NCBI GenBank assembly: GCA_016748015.1
Contig: JAAOMT010000571.1
Coordinates: forward strand, 1,057,095-1,121,094
Reading direction: 5' to 3'
Source of the DNA: Geosiphon pyriformis uo1
Taxonomy: Eukaryota > Fungi > Glomeromycota
DNA: 64,000 bases
Made by a program: the position numbers and the translations under genes. Shown here piece after piece: positions 52,901-64,000 of this stretch. The stretch's first letter is position 1. Every line of letters starts with the position of its first letter. The notes under the pieces are model-generated. The model was not told the origin of the DNA, did not search any database, and saw only the letters and a program-made list of their open reading frames with translations.

Positions 52901-55437
52901 CTAGTAACTTGCTGGTAATAGTGTCTTCTGCTTTTGCACTCGTCATTCTCCAGATCTCATGTTCATTGTAAGAATATCTTTTCAATTGTCACAATGCTTT
53001 TTTCCAGGCATTATTGATTGGAGTTCTTTTGTGTACCTAGTCATTTATCAAATTAATATACTGACATGTCTTATCGCATGTTCCTCCACATCCAAGAATG
53101 TCATTTCACATTCCTTTATCAGGCAAAATGGTTCTACATGCTAGGCAGAGTTTATTGTCCTATTTTCCTTGTCTCTTGAGTCTTCCAAACTGTTCTATAA
53201 TGCATAAGTGGCAATAAAATTTTGTTGTTGTGGCATATTTTTTATTGTTGCCACAATATGCACCTATTGATGACAATTTCTTGTCACAATTGATGCATAC
53301 TAATTTCAGTTGGTGATAGTTGGATGGTTGTGGTAAAGTATAAGCATATGAATTATAAGTAATAGTAGTTGGTGCTGGCTCTTTTTCCTTTTTTTTTTTT
53401 TTCTCTTGTTATTTTCTTCCCACTTCCAATTTATTGGCTTTTCTTGGTCATTGTCAGTTTTCTAGGCTTGGTCAGAATTCCAGGTAGGTTCTTTTTTTTG
53501 CTTTCTTTTCTTATTGTTATCCCAAGAGAGTATTAGTGGTAATTTGTTGTGGTCTTCATTGGCACAAGAAACTTGGTATGCTTCTCAGGTAGGTTTCTCC
53601 TTTTCTTTGTTGTCAAACTTGATAAAAAATGTTGATGGTGTAGTAATAAATTTGAAGTGATTACATGTGACAGGTACTAGTATGTGTTGACCATTTTGGC
53701 TAAGCTGTAGTTTTTGCATGTTCCAGTCAAGCATGGCATTTGTTTTGATTAACCAATCATTACCAACTAATGCTTAGTACTACGTAGCTTTCATTACCAA
53801 AACTTTGATTGGGGTAATAATACCATTTATTTTAAAAGAAAAATCATCAATCTTGCCAATAAGAGTTTTGGTCACTCTATTAGCTATTATTATCTTGACA
53901 CTGACAATGTGATCAACTCGGCAACCTAATTGGTTCATGAGTTGTCATGTAATGATGCTGTCTACTGATCCACTATTCAGGATCAATTTAATAACCTGTC
54001 CATCAACTTTGGTGTTGGTGTACATCATTATGATAGGTTTTTCCTTGAGTACAGCTTCACTGAACAATGGTTTTTGTGACAGTTCTTCAAATTCAAAAGA
54101 GAAAATGGCTGCTAGCAACTTGTTATTGGTTATGGTGGCTGGAAGTATATTGTTGGTAGGTGATTTGTTTTGGCTGGATTTCCAGTTGTTGGATAAGGCG
54201 TCTTTTGGGATAACCAAAAGACTTAAATAGTGTTGGACATTCAGGTTTTGGGTGTACCCAGTGTCCAAATTCCATTGTCATAATCCTGATAGCTGGGTTG
54301 AGGAACTGGAGATCAGTTGATGAATTACTATTAACAATTTTCAGCTCTGTTGTGTCAGTCTTGGCCTTTGGGTTCTGTTTTGAGATAAGTTTTGTGGCAG
54401 CATTTGAATTTGTTGGGGTTGATAGATAACTTAAGACTACAGCTGATAGATAGGCTGGAACTGTGGTTAATAAATTACTGGTGTTGTCAGCTGATAAACT
54501 GGTGGTTGATAGATTAGCTGTTGTGTCATAAATAGGTAATTCAGTTGATATAGTTCTGGGTTTGATTGATAATTTGGAGTCTAAAATCTGCAATTAGGGT
54601 TTTGATATTGATTTTCTGATCATTGGTTATCTAGTCTTAATCTACAGTCTATGCTCAAATGTTCTTGTTTACCATAGTAGTGGCAAACATGTATCTTCTG
54701 CTGCCACTGTTGATTGGTCGAGAACAATGGACATGACTGATTTTGGAAATAATTTATGGTTCCTTGATTATTGTATCATTGTGAAGGTTGATAAATTGTC
54801 TAATTGTTAGCTAAGTATTCTTCTAATTTTTTATCAATGGAATTACTGAATTGTTTCAGCTTAGAATCTAATTCAGATGATCTGTTCATCACTAGATTGA
54901 CAGCTTGAGTGTGGTTGGCTTTGAGTTTGGCTGCTTTAAAATCTCTGGCATATGTAACTGCAGCTTAAAAGTCTGCTGGATGCATTGAACATATGTATTA
55001 CAGGATACTACTGCATAATTTGTGAATAAACTGATTCAAGATCTGGGCTGTGGTAAAGTAATTGGTGTTAATGGCTTGTATTTGGTGCAGATTTTGATAA
55101 AAACATCCTAAGTAAGTAGTGACTGCTTCAGTATTTCCCTGTTTGATGGTGGTAAAAATGTTAGCCAAGCAATTAATGCTGTTGCTATTACTAAAATATC
55201 TTAAAAATTCCAATTTAAATGCATTAAATGTTTGGAGTTTCTGAACTAGACTATGATATCATAAGTCGGCAGTATTCTAAAGAAAATAGGGGATTGCTTA
55301 AAAGACTCTGGCATCATTCCAGTTATTAGCAGTAATGGCTTTGTTGATATAGTTAATCCATGTTTAGGTATCATTTTTTTCACCAGAAAATTTTTCAATT
55401 TTAGTAATAGATGCATATGCCATTAGTGCTAATAGTA

Positions 55438-55530
55438 GTTGTGATTGCAGTTGTGGTTGTTGTTGTAATTGTTGTTGTAGTTGCTACTGGAGTGGTGGTT
55501 GTAACTGTTGCTATTGCTGTTGCTGTTTGT
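55438..55530 (-). repeat. Degenerate (CAA/CAG)n poly-Gln tract just upstream of the capsid domain (a similar tract at about 60408-60478)
   Basis: TTG/CTG triplet runs on the + strand, in the Gag frame of C and F. Confidence 0.7.
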
Positions 55531-55669
55531 CAATTGGTAGAGCTGGTGGTGGATTGATCACAATTACTGGAGGTAAATGTTGTTGATTGTTAATGTCAGG
55601 GTTTTGATTGTTCTGGTTTTTTGGAGTTTGATTAACTGAAGTCCCAATTTCTGAATTTTCTTAAATCGT

Positions 55670-58600
55670 TGTTATGAGTGATTATTTAGGGTGTTGAATC
55701 AAATAACAAACCTATAACTTGGTGCTAAAAGTTATTTGCATTGATGTTATTAATCTAAAAGTTTTGTATCTGAAGGTTTTGGGTTGAGTTTTTTGTATAA
55801 TGAACAGAGATTCAATAGTTGTTTTATTTGTAGCTTTCCAGAATTGCAATTCTGTCAATTTTTTTCTTGGCATAATGGCTGGCAATTCTTTGGTAAGTAT
55901 TCTGTATCTTCTGTATGTGTCCTACTCTTTTGCAGGGGTCTTTTACCAGGCAATCTTTGATGTCAGTAATCTAGCACTTTATTCAACCAATTAGTGTACA
56001 ACAATAAAATCAAAATAAAATAAAGAAAAGAAATAAAAGAAAATCATAAATAAGCCAAGGCAATTTTGCAAGTCAATATCCCATCAATAGCTGTGATCAA
56101 GAGCTATTGTTCCAGTGTGTTTAAGTATTAATTACTATCAACATGGAGTGTTGATAGTGGAATTAGGTTTGAGATACCAAATAGTTATTTATTGTGTTTG
56201 GAAGGTTGTCTAGATGAAATTTAAACTTAAAGATCTGTCTTTTTTAGCTTCTAATACTACTACTATATATACATAATTAAGATTTTTCAATTCCTCAATT
56301 CTTTACAACAGGAATCCTAGAATTCTTGGAATTCTGCAATTTCTTTGAAAGGAATTCTGGAATTCTGGAATCCTGCAATTTCTCGTAAGAATCCTGTAAT
56401 TTCTGGAATCCTGCAATTCCTGAGAAGAATTCTGGAATTCTACATTTTATTACATCTACTTCTAATTGGCTAATAACTATGCTAATATATATTCTCTATA
56501 TTTTTATGAGTAACATTATTCCCTCCTTTTAATATTGAGCTCCATTGAAATCTAACTCTGTTAATTCCCTTTCTTGAAGTATTTTCTGAATTTTATTTTC
56601 GAAAATTACTTGTGTTATTTGAGTCTGTAATTCTTCAAATTGAGTGTTGATGATCTTTCCTAATTGATTACTGGTAATCATATCCATTGTTTTGTTGAGT
56701 AAGATTTCTGGTTGATCCTGAAATGGTGTGTGTATTTAGTATATGGCTCTTGGCTGGTATGTGTAGATTAATAAGTCCAATTTCTTCTGATTCACAAAGG
56801 GTTGCTTTTGCTTCAAAAATCTGTTCTTGCTCTTTCTTTTTTCTTTCTATTGCTAACATATATCAGCTATATGGTGGAATAGAAATTGTTTAACCAGTTG
56901 AGATAATTTCTTCTTGGCTAATAATTTCTTCCTCTACTATATTGACTGGTACATCTATTCTACCTGTGGATCTGAATCCCTGTATTCTTCTTGCTGTTAT
57001 CCCTAATTCTTCTCTGTTTTCCACTGACACTAATTGAGCTACTTTAACCAAAGGCAGAAATATTGTCTGTGCTATCTTTTCATTTGGCTCTATAATATAG
57101 GCTTTTTCTGAGTTATTTTGTAATATGGCAATAATATTTCTTACATATCCCATGTCAATTATTTCTCCTCTTATATTTATCTCTCTTTTTGCTAGATTAC
57201 TCCTAGATGCTAATTGAATTATTGTTGTTGCCAGAATTTCCAGTGCTATTTTCAAATCAATGCAGGTGTGTGAATGTGGTTCCAATTGGATGGCCTCTTT
57301 TTCTGGATATCTCAGATCAAACCTGGCATCAGTATCATGTGCGCATTCTGGCATAATACCTTCATTATTATCACTGAACTATTTAAGTTCCTGTTCCTTG
57401 GCAAGATCAAGGAGTGCAATATATTGTTCATAGTCTGGATCAGAGTTTAAATCTGAGTTGGAATTGTTGTCATTGTTATTGCCATATTGGATGGAACTGG
57501 AACTGGTGTTTTTGTTATCGTCATTGTCGGAGTTTGAATTGGGATTAAAAATTGATTCCGATTCTGATGCACAGCTGCTGATTGGTTCCTTTTCCTCTGG
57601 GATTGTGTAGATCATGTGTGATGGCAGATTGTAAATGAAGTTACACTCATTACAATATTAGAAATCACATGGAATCAAACAGTAATTACATAGTCGAGTG
57701 TTTATTTCTTCCAAGCATTGTTTCTGCTCTTCTATTGTGGGCGCTAATCACTGGTAATGTTTGTGAAATTCTTATGAGTCATTCTCGATGTTGCCAAAAA
57801 CATCGGAAGTTTGGACGTATTTAGGTTCAGGAAGAGATAAAGGATTGTTTTTTATTTCCAGTAATTCGCTGGTTGTTGTGTCTTCTGCTTTCACATATGC
57901 TATTCTCTAAAGTTTATGTTCATTGTGAGAATATTCTTTCAATTGTCATAGTGCTCTTTTCCATGCATCATCAATTGATGTTCTCTTGCATACCCAGTCA
58001 TTTATCAAGATGGTGTACTGACATGTCTTATCACATGTTCCTCCCTGCCCAGGAATGTCATTTCACATTCTTTCATCAGGTAAGATAGTTCCACATGCAA
58101 GACATGGTTGATTGTCCCACTTTCCTTGTCATTTCGGTCATCCAAAGTGCTCTATGACACATGCGTGGTAGTAAAATTTGGTGGCCATTGAATATTTCTC
58201 ATTGTTGCCACAGAATGCGCTCATTGACAACAATTTCTTACTGCAATCGACACATATCAGTTTTGGTCGACAATAATTAGTTGATGGTGATAGATAGGTG
58301 TGTGAGTTATGAGCAGTGGTGTCAGTGAGTGTTGTTTCTTCTTTCTTTTCTTTTCCCTTCCCTTTATTGCTTTTTTTGTTTTCTTCCTATTCCCAGCTTA
58401 ATGTCAGTTTGTCATTATCAGTCCAAGTCAGGTTATCTGTTTCCCAGGTAAGTTCTGCTCTTTGTTTTCCTTTCCCGTTGTTGTTGTCATTCCAGGAAAG
58501 TATTGGCAGCAGTTTGTTGTGGTTGACATCGGCTCATGATACTTGATATACTTTCCACGTTGGTTTGTTTTCTTCTTTCTCAAATTCGATAAGCAGTGTT

Positions 58601-61600
58601 GTTGTCCTGATGTTGTTAGGTTTGAAATGGCCACACATTGCTGGGACTCGCATGTATTGGCCATTTTGGCTGAATTGGAGTTCCTGGGTGGTCCAGTTGA
58701 GCATTGTGTTGGTTTTAGATAACCAATTGTTGCCAACGAGTGCTTAATACTGAGTGGCTTCTATTACCAAAACTTTAATAGGTATTGTGATGCCATTGAC
58801 TTTGATAGGGAAGTCATCTATTTCACCAATTGGAGTTTTGGTAGCTCCATCAGCAGTGATAATCCTAGTGCTGGCAGTGTAATCAACTTGACAACCTAAT
58901 TGATCAATGAGTTATTATGTGATAATGCTGTCTGCTGAACCACTGTCAAGGATTAATTTGATGAAGTGGCCATTAATCTTGACATTAGTGTACATAGTCA
59001 TGATCAGTTTTTCTTCAAGTGCTGCTCTACTGAATAATGGCATATCTGATGGTTTCTTGAGTTCGAATGGGAAAATAGCATCCAAAGATTTATTTTTGGT
59101 GATTGTAGCAGGTAAGATATTATTGGTAGGTGGTTGTTATTGTTCAATTCTCTGATTGCTGGAGGTGGCGTTTTCTGGCATCACCAAAAGGCTTAAATAG
59201 TGTTGGGAATTCAGGTTTTGGGTGGGACTGGTGTCCGAATTCCACTGACGAGATCCTGATTGTTGGTGGGAAGAGTTGGGAATTAGTTGATATACAACCA
59301 TCGCCGATCTCCAGTTTTGGGTGATCCTCAATCTTGGATTCTCTGATGTTATTTAAGCTGGATTTGCTAGTGGTGTTTAAATGGTGGATGTTTGATAGAT
59401 TGCTGGTAGCTGTGGTTGATATATTACTTGTGGCTGCATCTGATAAATTGCTTGTGATGGTGGTTGATAAACTGGAGTTTAATAAACTGGCGGTTGATAA
59501 ATTGGTTGGTGCATCATAGGCAGGTAAGTGAGTTGGTATTGGTCTTGATTCAGGTGATGATTCGGAGTCTGGAACTGGTGATCAGGGTTTCTATATTGAT
59601 TTCCCAGTCATGGATTGCTATAAGTATAACAGTTGGCTCTAATGTGCTCTTGTTTACCACAGTTGTGGTAGATGCACATCTCTGGCTGCCATGACTAATT
59701 GGATAATGACAATGGACATGACTGATTTTGAAAATGATTCACATTTCCCTGATTGTTATGCTATTGAAGAGGTTGATAAATCGTGTGATTGTTAGCTAAA
59801 TATCCCTCTAATTTCTGATTAATTGAATCACTGAATTGCTTCAATTTGAAATCCAATTCAAATAATCTATTCATTGCTAGATTCACAGCTTGAGCATGAT
59901 TAGCTTCTAGTTCAGCTGCTTCAAAATCTCTAGCGTATGTGACTATGGCTGGAAGATCCACTGGGTGCATTGGATGTACTTGTTGTAGGATACTACTGCG
60001 CAATCCTCTAATAAATTGATTTAAAATCCATGATGTTGTGAAATAGTTGACTTGGATAGCTTGTATTTGGTGTAGATTTCTATGGAAGTGTCTCAAATAG
60101 GTAGTGACTGCTTCAGTATTTCCTTGTCTGATCATTGTAAAGATGTTGGCTAATTTGTTGATACTATTATTGTTGCTAAAGTACTGCAAGAATTCAGTTT
60201 TAAATCTATTAAAATTTTGGGGTTTGACAGTGAGACTTTGATACTATGTATCAGTAGTATCCTGGAGAAAGTAAGGGATTGCTTGCATTGCTCTAGCATT
60301 ATCCTAATTATTGGCTGTAATGGCTTTGGCTACGTCATTAACCAGACTTGGGCATCGTCTTCTTCACCATTGAATTTGTCAAGTTTTATGATAGGTATGT
60401 AAGCCATTTGTTGTTGCTGTGGTAGTGGAAGTTGTTGTTGTTGTTGTTGAGGCAGTATTGGTGGCGGTTGTTGTTGGTTCTGTGATTGGATGGGCTGGCC
60501 AATTGTTTTAACGGGTGGTTGATCAATGACAATAACTGGAGGTAAGTATTGATTAATTACTTTGGGGTTTGGATTGTTCTGATTTGGTGGTATTTGAATA
60601 TTCGGAGTGTTGTTTTCCTAATTGTCTAAATTTGGCTGGGTTTGAAAGTTCAGAGTTTTACTTTCTGGATTTTCTAGAATCAGGTTTTGGTAAGTAAATT
60701 TGTGATTCTCAGATTCTTTTTTCTCTTCTACTTCTTGTCCTTCTTCTGATTCAGTAATTTCTCATGGACTCACGATTCTGAAATTTGGTTAAGGTGGCAG
60801 TGATCAAAATCCTGATGGCATTGGCGATCAAGATTTAAAACTTTCAAAATATTTGTCATATAGTCCTAGTAAATCCTCTTTCTTTTGTTTACTTTGAAAT
60901 GGGAAATGTCCAAATATTGATGTTGCATTTGATGCAGATGTGTCTGTTGATGATATATTGATGGCACTTTCAGGGGTATAGTGGTAGGATGAGTTGTTTG
61001 GAGACTCAACTCTAGTTTTCTTCCAAGTGGGTGGTTGTATCCTTTGAGATGTTACTGCTGGTGTTTGTAGTTTTCTTTTGCCTTTACTTGTGTAAGTAAT
61101 TGGGTATTTTTGCTGTGTATGGTGTTTAATTTCTTTGTTAATCTCAATAATGATGGATGCAAAATTATGATTTGTGAGTAGGCTGGTGTTTTGAATTAAT
61201 TTGTTGTAAAAAGTTTCTCTTGCTGATTCAATATTTACAGATATTCTCAACAGATAGACAATCTTTTTGTTGATGTAGAAATTGAAAGCTGATTCTGCTA
61301 ATATGTGATTATGGGTTAATCCCAAATATTAACAGTAATGTTAAAATAAGGATTTCGCAAATCCTAGATGGTTTGCTCCGATATTTTCTAATTCTGCCAC
61401 TTTTGGATGGGATTGTTGGTGCTGGTTCTCTGTAGAATTATACCTCACAGAGAGCACCAAATATTACGAGTAATTATTTGGAGTATTGAATCAAATAACA
61501 AACCTGTAACTTGGTGCTAAAAGTTATTCATGTTGATGTTATTAATCTGAAGATTTCAGGTTGAGTTTTTTGTATAATGAACAGAGATTCAATAGTTGTT

Positions 61601-62292
61601 TTATCCATAACTTCCCAGAATCGCAATTCTGTCAATTCTTCTCTCGGTGTGATGGCTGGCAATTCTCTGGTAAGTATTCTGTATCTTCTGTATGTGTCCT
61701 ACCCTCTTGCAGAGGTCTTTTACCAGGCAATCTTTAACGTTAATAATCTAGTGCTTTATTTAACCAATTAGTGCACAACAATAAAATCAAAATAAAAGAA
61801 ATAAAAGAAATAAAAGAAAATCATAAATAAGCCAAGGCAATTTTGCAAGTCAGTATCCTGTCAATAGCCATGATCAAGAGCTATTGTTCCAGTATGTTTA
61901 AGTATTAATTACTATCAACATAGAGTATTGATAGTGGAATTAGATTTGAGATACCAAATAGTTATTTATTGTGTTTGGAAGGTTGTCTAGATAAAATCTA
62001 AACTTAGAAGTTTGTTTTTTTCAGCTTCTAATACTACTGCTATATATACATAATTAAGATTCCTCAATTCCTCAATTCTTCACAACAGGAATCCTGGAAT
62101 TCTTGGAATCCTGCAATTTCTTTGAGAAGAATTCTGGAATTCTGGAATCCTGCAATTCCTCATAAAAATCCTGTAATTTCTGGAATCCTGCAATTCTTGA
62201 GAGGAATTCTGGAATTCCACATTTTATTACGTCTACTTCTGATTGGCTAATAACTATACTAATATATATTCTCTATATTTCTATGAGTAACA
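55670..62292 (-). mobile_element. Non-autonomous Gypsy derivative F (gag-PR-Cys-rich-dUTPase; RT, RNase H and IN deleted) inserted in the gag region of C
   Basis: LTRs 55670-56515 and 61462-62292, TSD TCGT/TCAT, PBS about 61443-61459, PPT after 56515, deletion junction near 56750. Confidence 0.9.
62060..62220. repeat. LTR U3 tandem array of GGAATTC(C/T)/GGAATCCTGCAATTC units (also at about 36660-36815, 40345-40525, 41380-41522, 50640-50805, 56280-56440 and 63660-63825)
   Basis: Directly visible. On the element strand it lies between a CCAAT motif and the TATATATAG box. Confidence 0.85.
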
Positions 62293-64000
62293 TCATGTTT
62301 TGGTTACTATTTTCTCAATTGCTACCTTCTTCTTCCTCGGAGTCAGTTATTTTCCAGGAACTAATGGCTCTGAAATCTAGTTGTAATGGTGGTAATCAAA
62401 TTTTTAATGGCATTGAAGATCACAATTTAAATCTCTCAAAGTAATTGCTATATGTTCCTAGTAATTCTGTTTTCTTTTGTTTACTTTGGAATGGGATTTT
62501 GTTCAATAGTGTTGTTGTATTTGTGGTGGACATGTCTGTTGATATTATATTAATAGTGCTTCCAGGTGTGTGATGATATGATAGATTGGCAGGAGAATTA
62601 AATCTTTGTTTCTTCCAAATGGGTAGTTGGATTTGCTTTGGAGTTCCTGCTGGTGTTTGTAGTCTTTCTTTTCCTTTATCAGCAAACATGATAGAAAATC
62701 TTTGTTTGGTGTATTTTTTAATTTCTCTATTTATTTCTGTGATTAGTGGTGCAAATAAATAGTTTTGTGAAAGAATAGTGCTTTAAAGTAGTTCACTAAA
62801 GAAATTGTTGAAAGTAAATTCTGGATCTCTTTGGCTTCCTAAATAATATATGATTCTCTTATTGACGTAGTAATTGAAAGCTAATTTTGTTGGCCAACTA
62901 TTATTTGTTAATTCAAGATGAGTGTAATAATGTTAGAATAAGGATTTTGCAAATCCTAAATGATTTGTTCTTATTTCTTCAGATTCTGTCACTGTTTGGA
63001 TAAAGTTGTTGGTGCTGGTTCTCTGTAAGATTATACTTTACAGAAAGCACCAAATGTTACAAGTGATTATTTGGAATCTTAAATCAAATAACAAATCCAT
63101 AACTTGGTGCTTGGTTAATATGTTGGTGATGATCTGAAGATATTGTTATCTGAAGGTTTTGGTTGAGTTCTTTGTATAATGAACAGAGATTTAATTGTTG
63201 TTTTTAGTAGCCTCCCAGAATTGCAATTCCATCAAATTTTTTTCTTAGCGTGGTGGCCAGTAATCCTTCTGATAAGCTATCCTCAAATCTATGAGTGTTT
63301 TACTCTTGTTTCATGGGTTTTTTACCAGTCCCTATAATGTTTGTATCTCAGCACTTAATCTTTTTAATCAATTAGTAAATAACAAAGAAAAATAAAATAA
63401 AATAGAAGAAATAAAAAATAAAAAATAAGCCAAAGCAATAATGGTTAGTATTCTGTCAATAGCCATGATCAAGAGCTATTGTTCCAGTGGGGTTAAGTAT
63501 CAATTACTATCAACATGAAGTGCTGATAGAAGAGTAGATTGGAGATAAAAAATAATTATTTATTAATATTTGTGAGTTTGAAAGGTTGCTTAGATTAAAT
63601 CTAAACTAAGAGGTCTGCCTTTTTTACTTCTAATTCTACTACTATATATACATAATTGAGATTCCTCAATTCTTCAATTCTTTACACCAGAAATCCTAGA
63701 ATTTCTGGAATCTTGCAATTCTTTTGAGAGGAATTCTGAAATTCTGAAATCCTGCAATTCCTTGTATGAGAATTCTGAAATTTCTGGAATCTTACAATTC
63801 CTCTAAAAAGAATCCTGGAATTCCACATTTTATTATGGTTATTTCTGATTGGTTAGTTTATGCTAATATATTCTTTCTATATTCTATGAATAACAGCATG
63901 CTTTGCAAAAATAGCAGGTGTGGGTTTTATATTCTTCTTCTAAGGAGATACAGGCTCCCATAGATAAAAGCTTCTTTTTGCAATCTTTGTATTTTAGTAA

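Larger units (their letters stand above)
36040..63895 (-). mobile_element. Ty3/Gypsy element C (full-length, dUTPase-bearing); own sequence 36040-39700, 50884-55669 and 62293-63895
   Basis: Matching LTR pair 36040-36886 and 63055-63895, TSD GCAT (36036-36039 / 63896-63899), PBS about 63036-63052, PPT after 36886. Gag, PR, dUTPase (51603-52658), RT, RNase H, IN and ORF3 remnants are in order. Confidence 0.92.
29878..64000 (-). mobile_element. Ty3/Gypsy element B (dUTPase-bearing); own sequence 29878-36039 and 63896-64000+, split by the 27.9-kb element C nest
   Basis: 3' LTR 29878-30844 (TG..CA), PPT about 30845-30860, ORF3, IN, RNase H, RT (YLDD near 33940), dUTPase. The frame HTCYFCKAC|HRK.. 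is restored across the nest. Confidence 0.88.

Noticed and set aside
55800-55994. Repeated small ORFs (MNRDSIVV.. here and at 61577; 39577 and 49942) as a conserved gene
   Set aside because: They are antisense frames within LTR copies, repeated only because the LTRs are duplicates. Frames are not conserved between LTR subfamilies.

Overview
Eukaryotic (fungal) genomic DNA. The short GT-AG introns, a U12 intron and the TE repertoire suggest an early-diverging fungus, probably Glomeromycotina (inference only). Bases 1-8.7 kb are a compact, CpG-retaining block of five conserved genes: NRDE2 (5'-partial, with a clear U12-type AT-AC intron), ARPC4, mitochondrial bL31m, LAMTOR3 and a mitochondrially targeted NDP kinase. 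From about 8.87 kb to the end there are only transposable elements, all eroded by C>T/G>A transitions. These are: three copies of an APE-RT-RNase H LINE, one full-length and interrupted by a hAT (TIR plus 8-bp TSD) and a solo LTR; an almost G/C-free Gypsy relic; and a nest of Ty3/Gypsy elements (A > B > C > D/E and F) whose order can be reconstructed from 4-bp TSDs and restored reading frames. The main candidate for an undescribed system is the Gypsy architecture: an N-extended Gag-PR-(Cys-rich module)-dUTPase-RT-RNase H polyprotein that stops after RNase H, then a separately initiated integrase ORF and a third non-Env ORF, each behind a short A/C-rich spacer. The integrase split is seen in four elements from three families. 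A RIP-like, not purely CpG, hypermutation of repeats is the second main signal. All alignments and translations were done by eye; no database searches were run.
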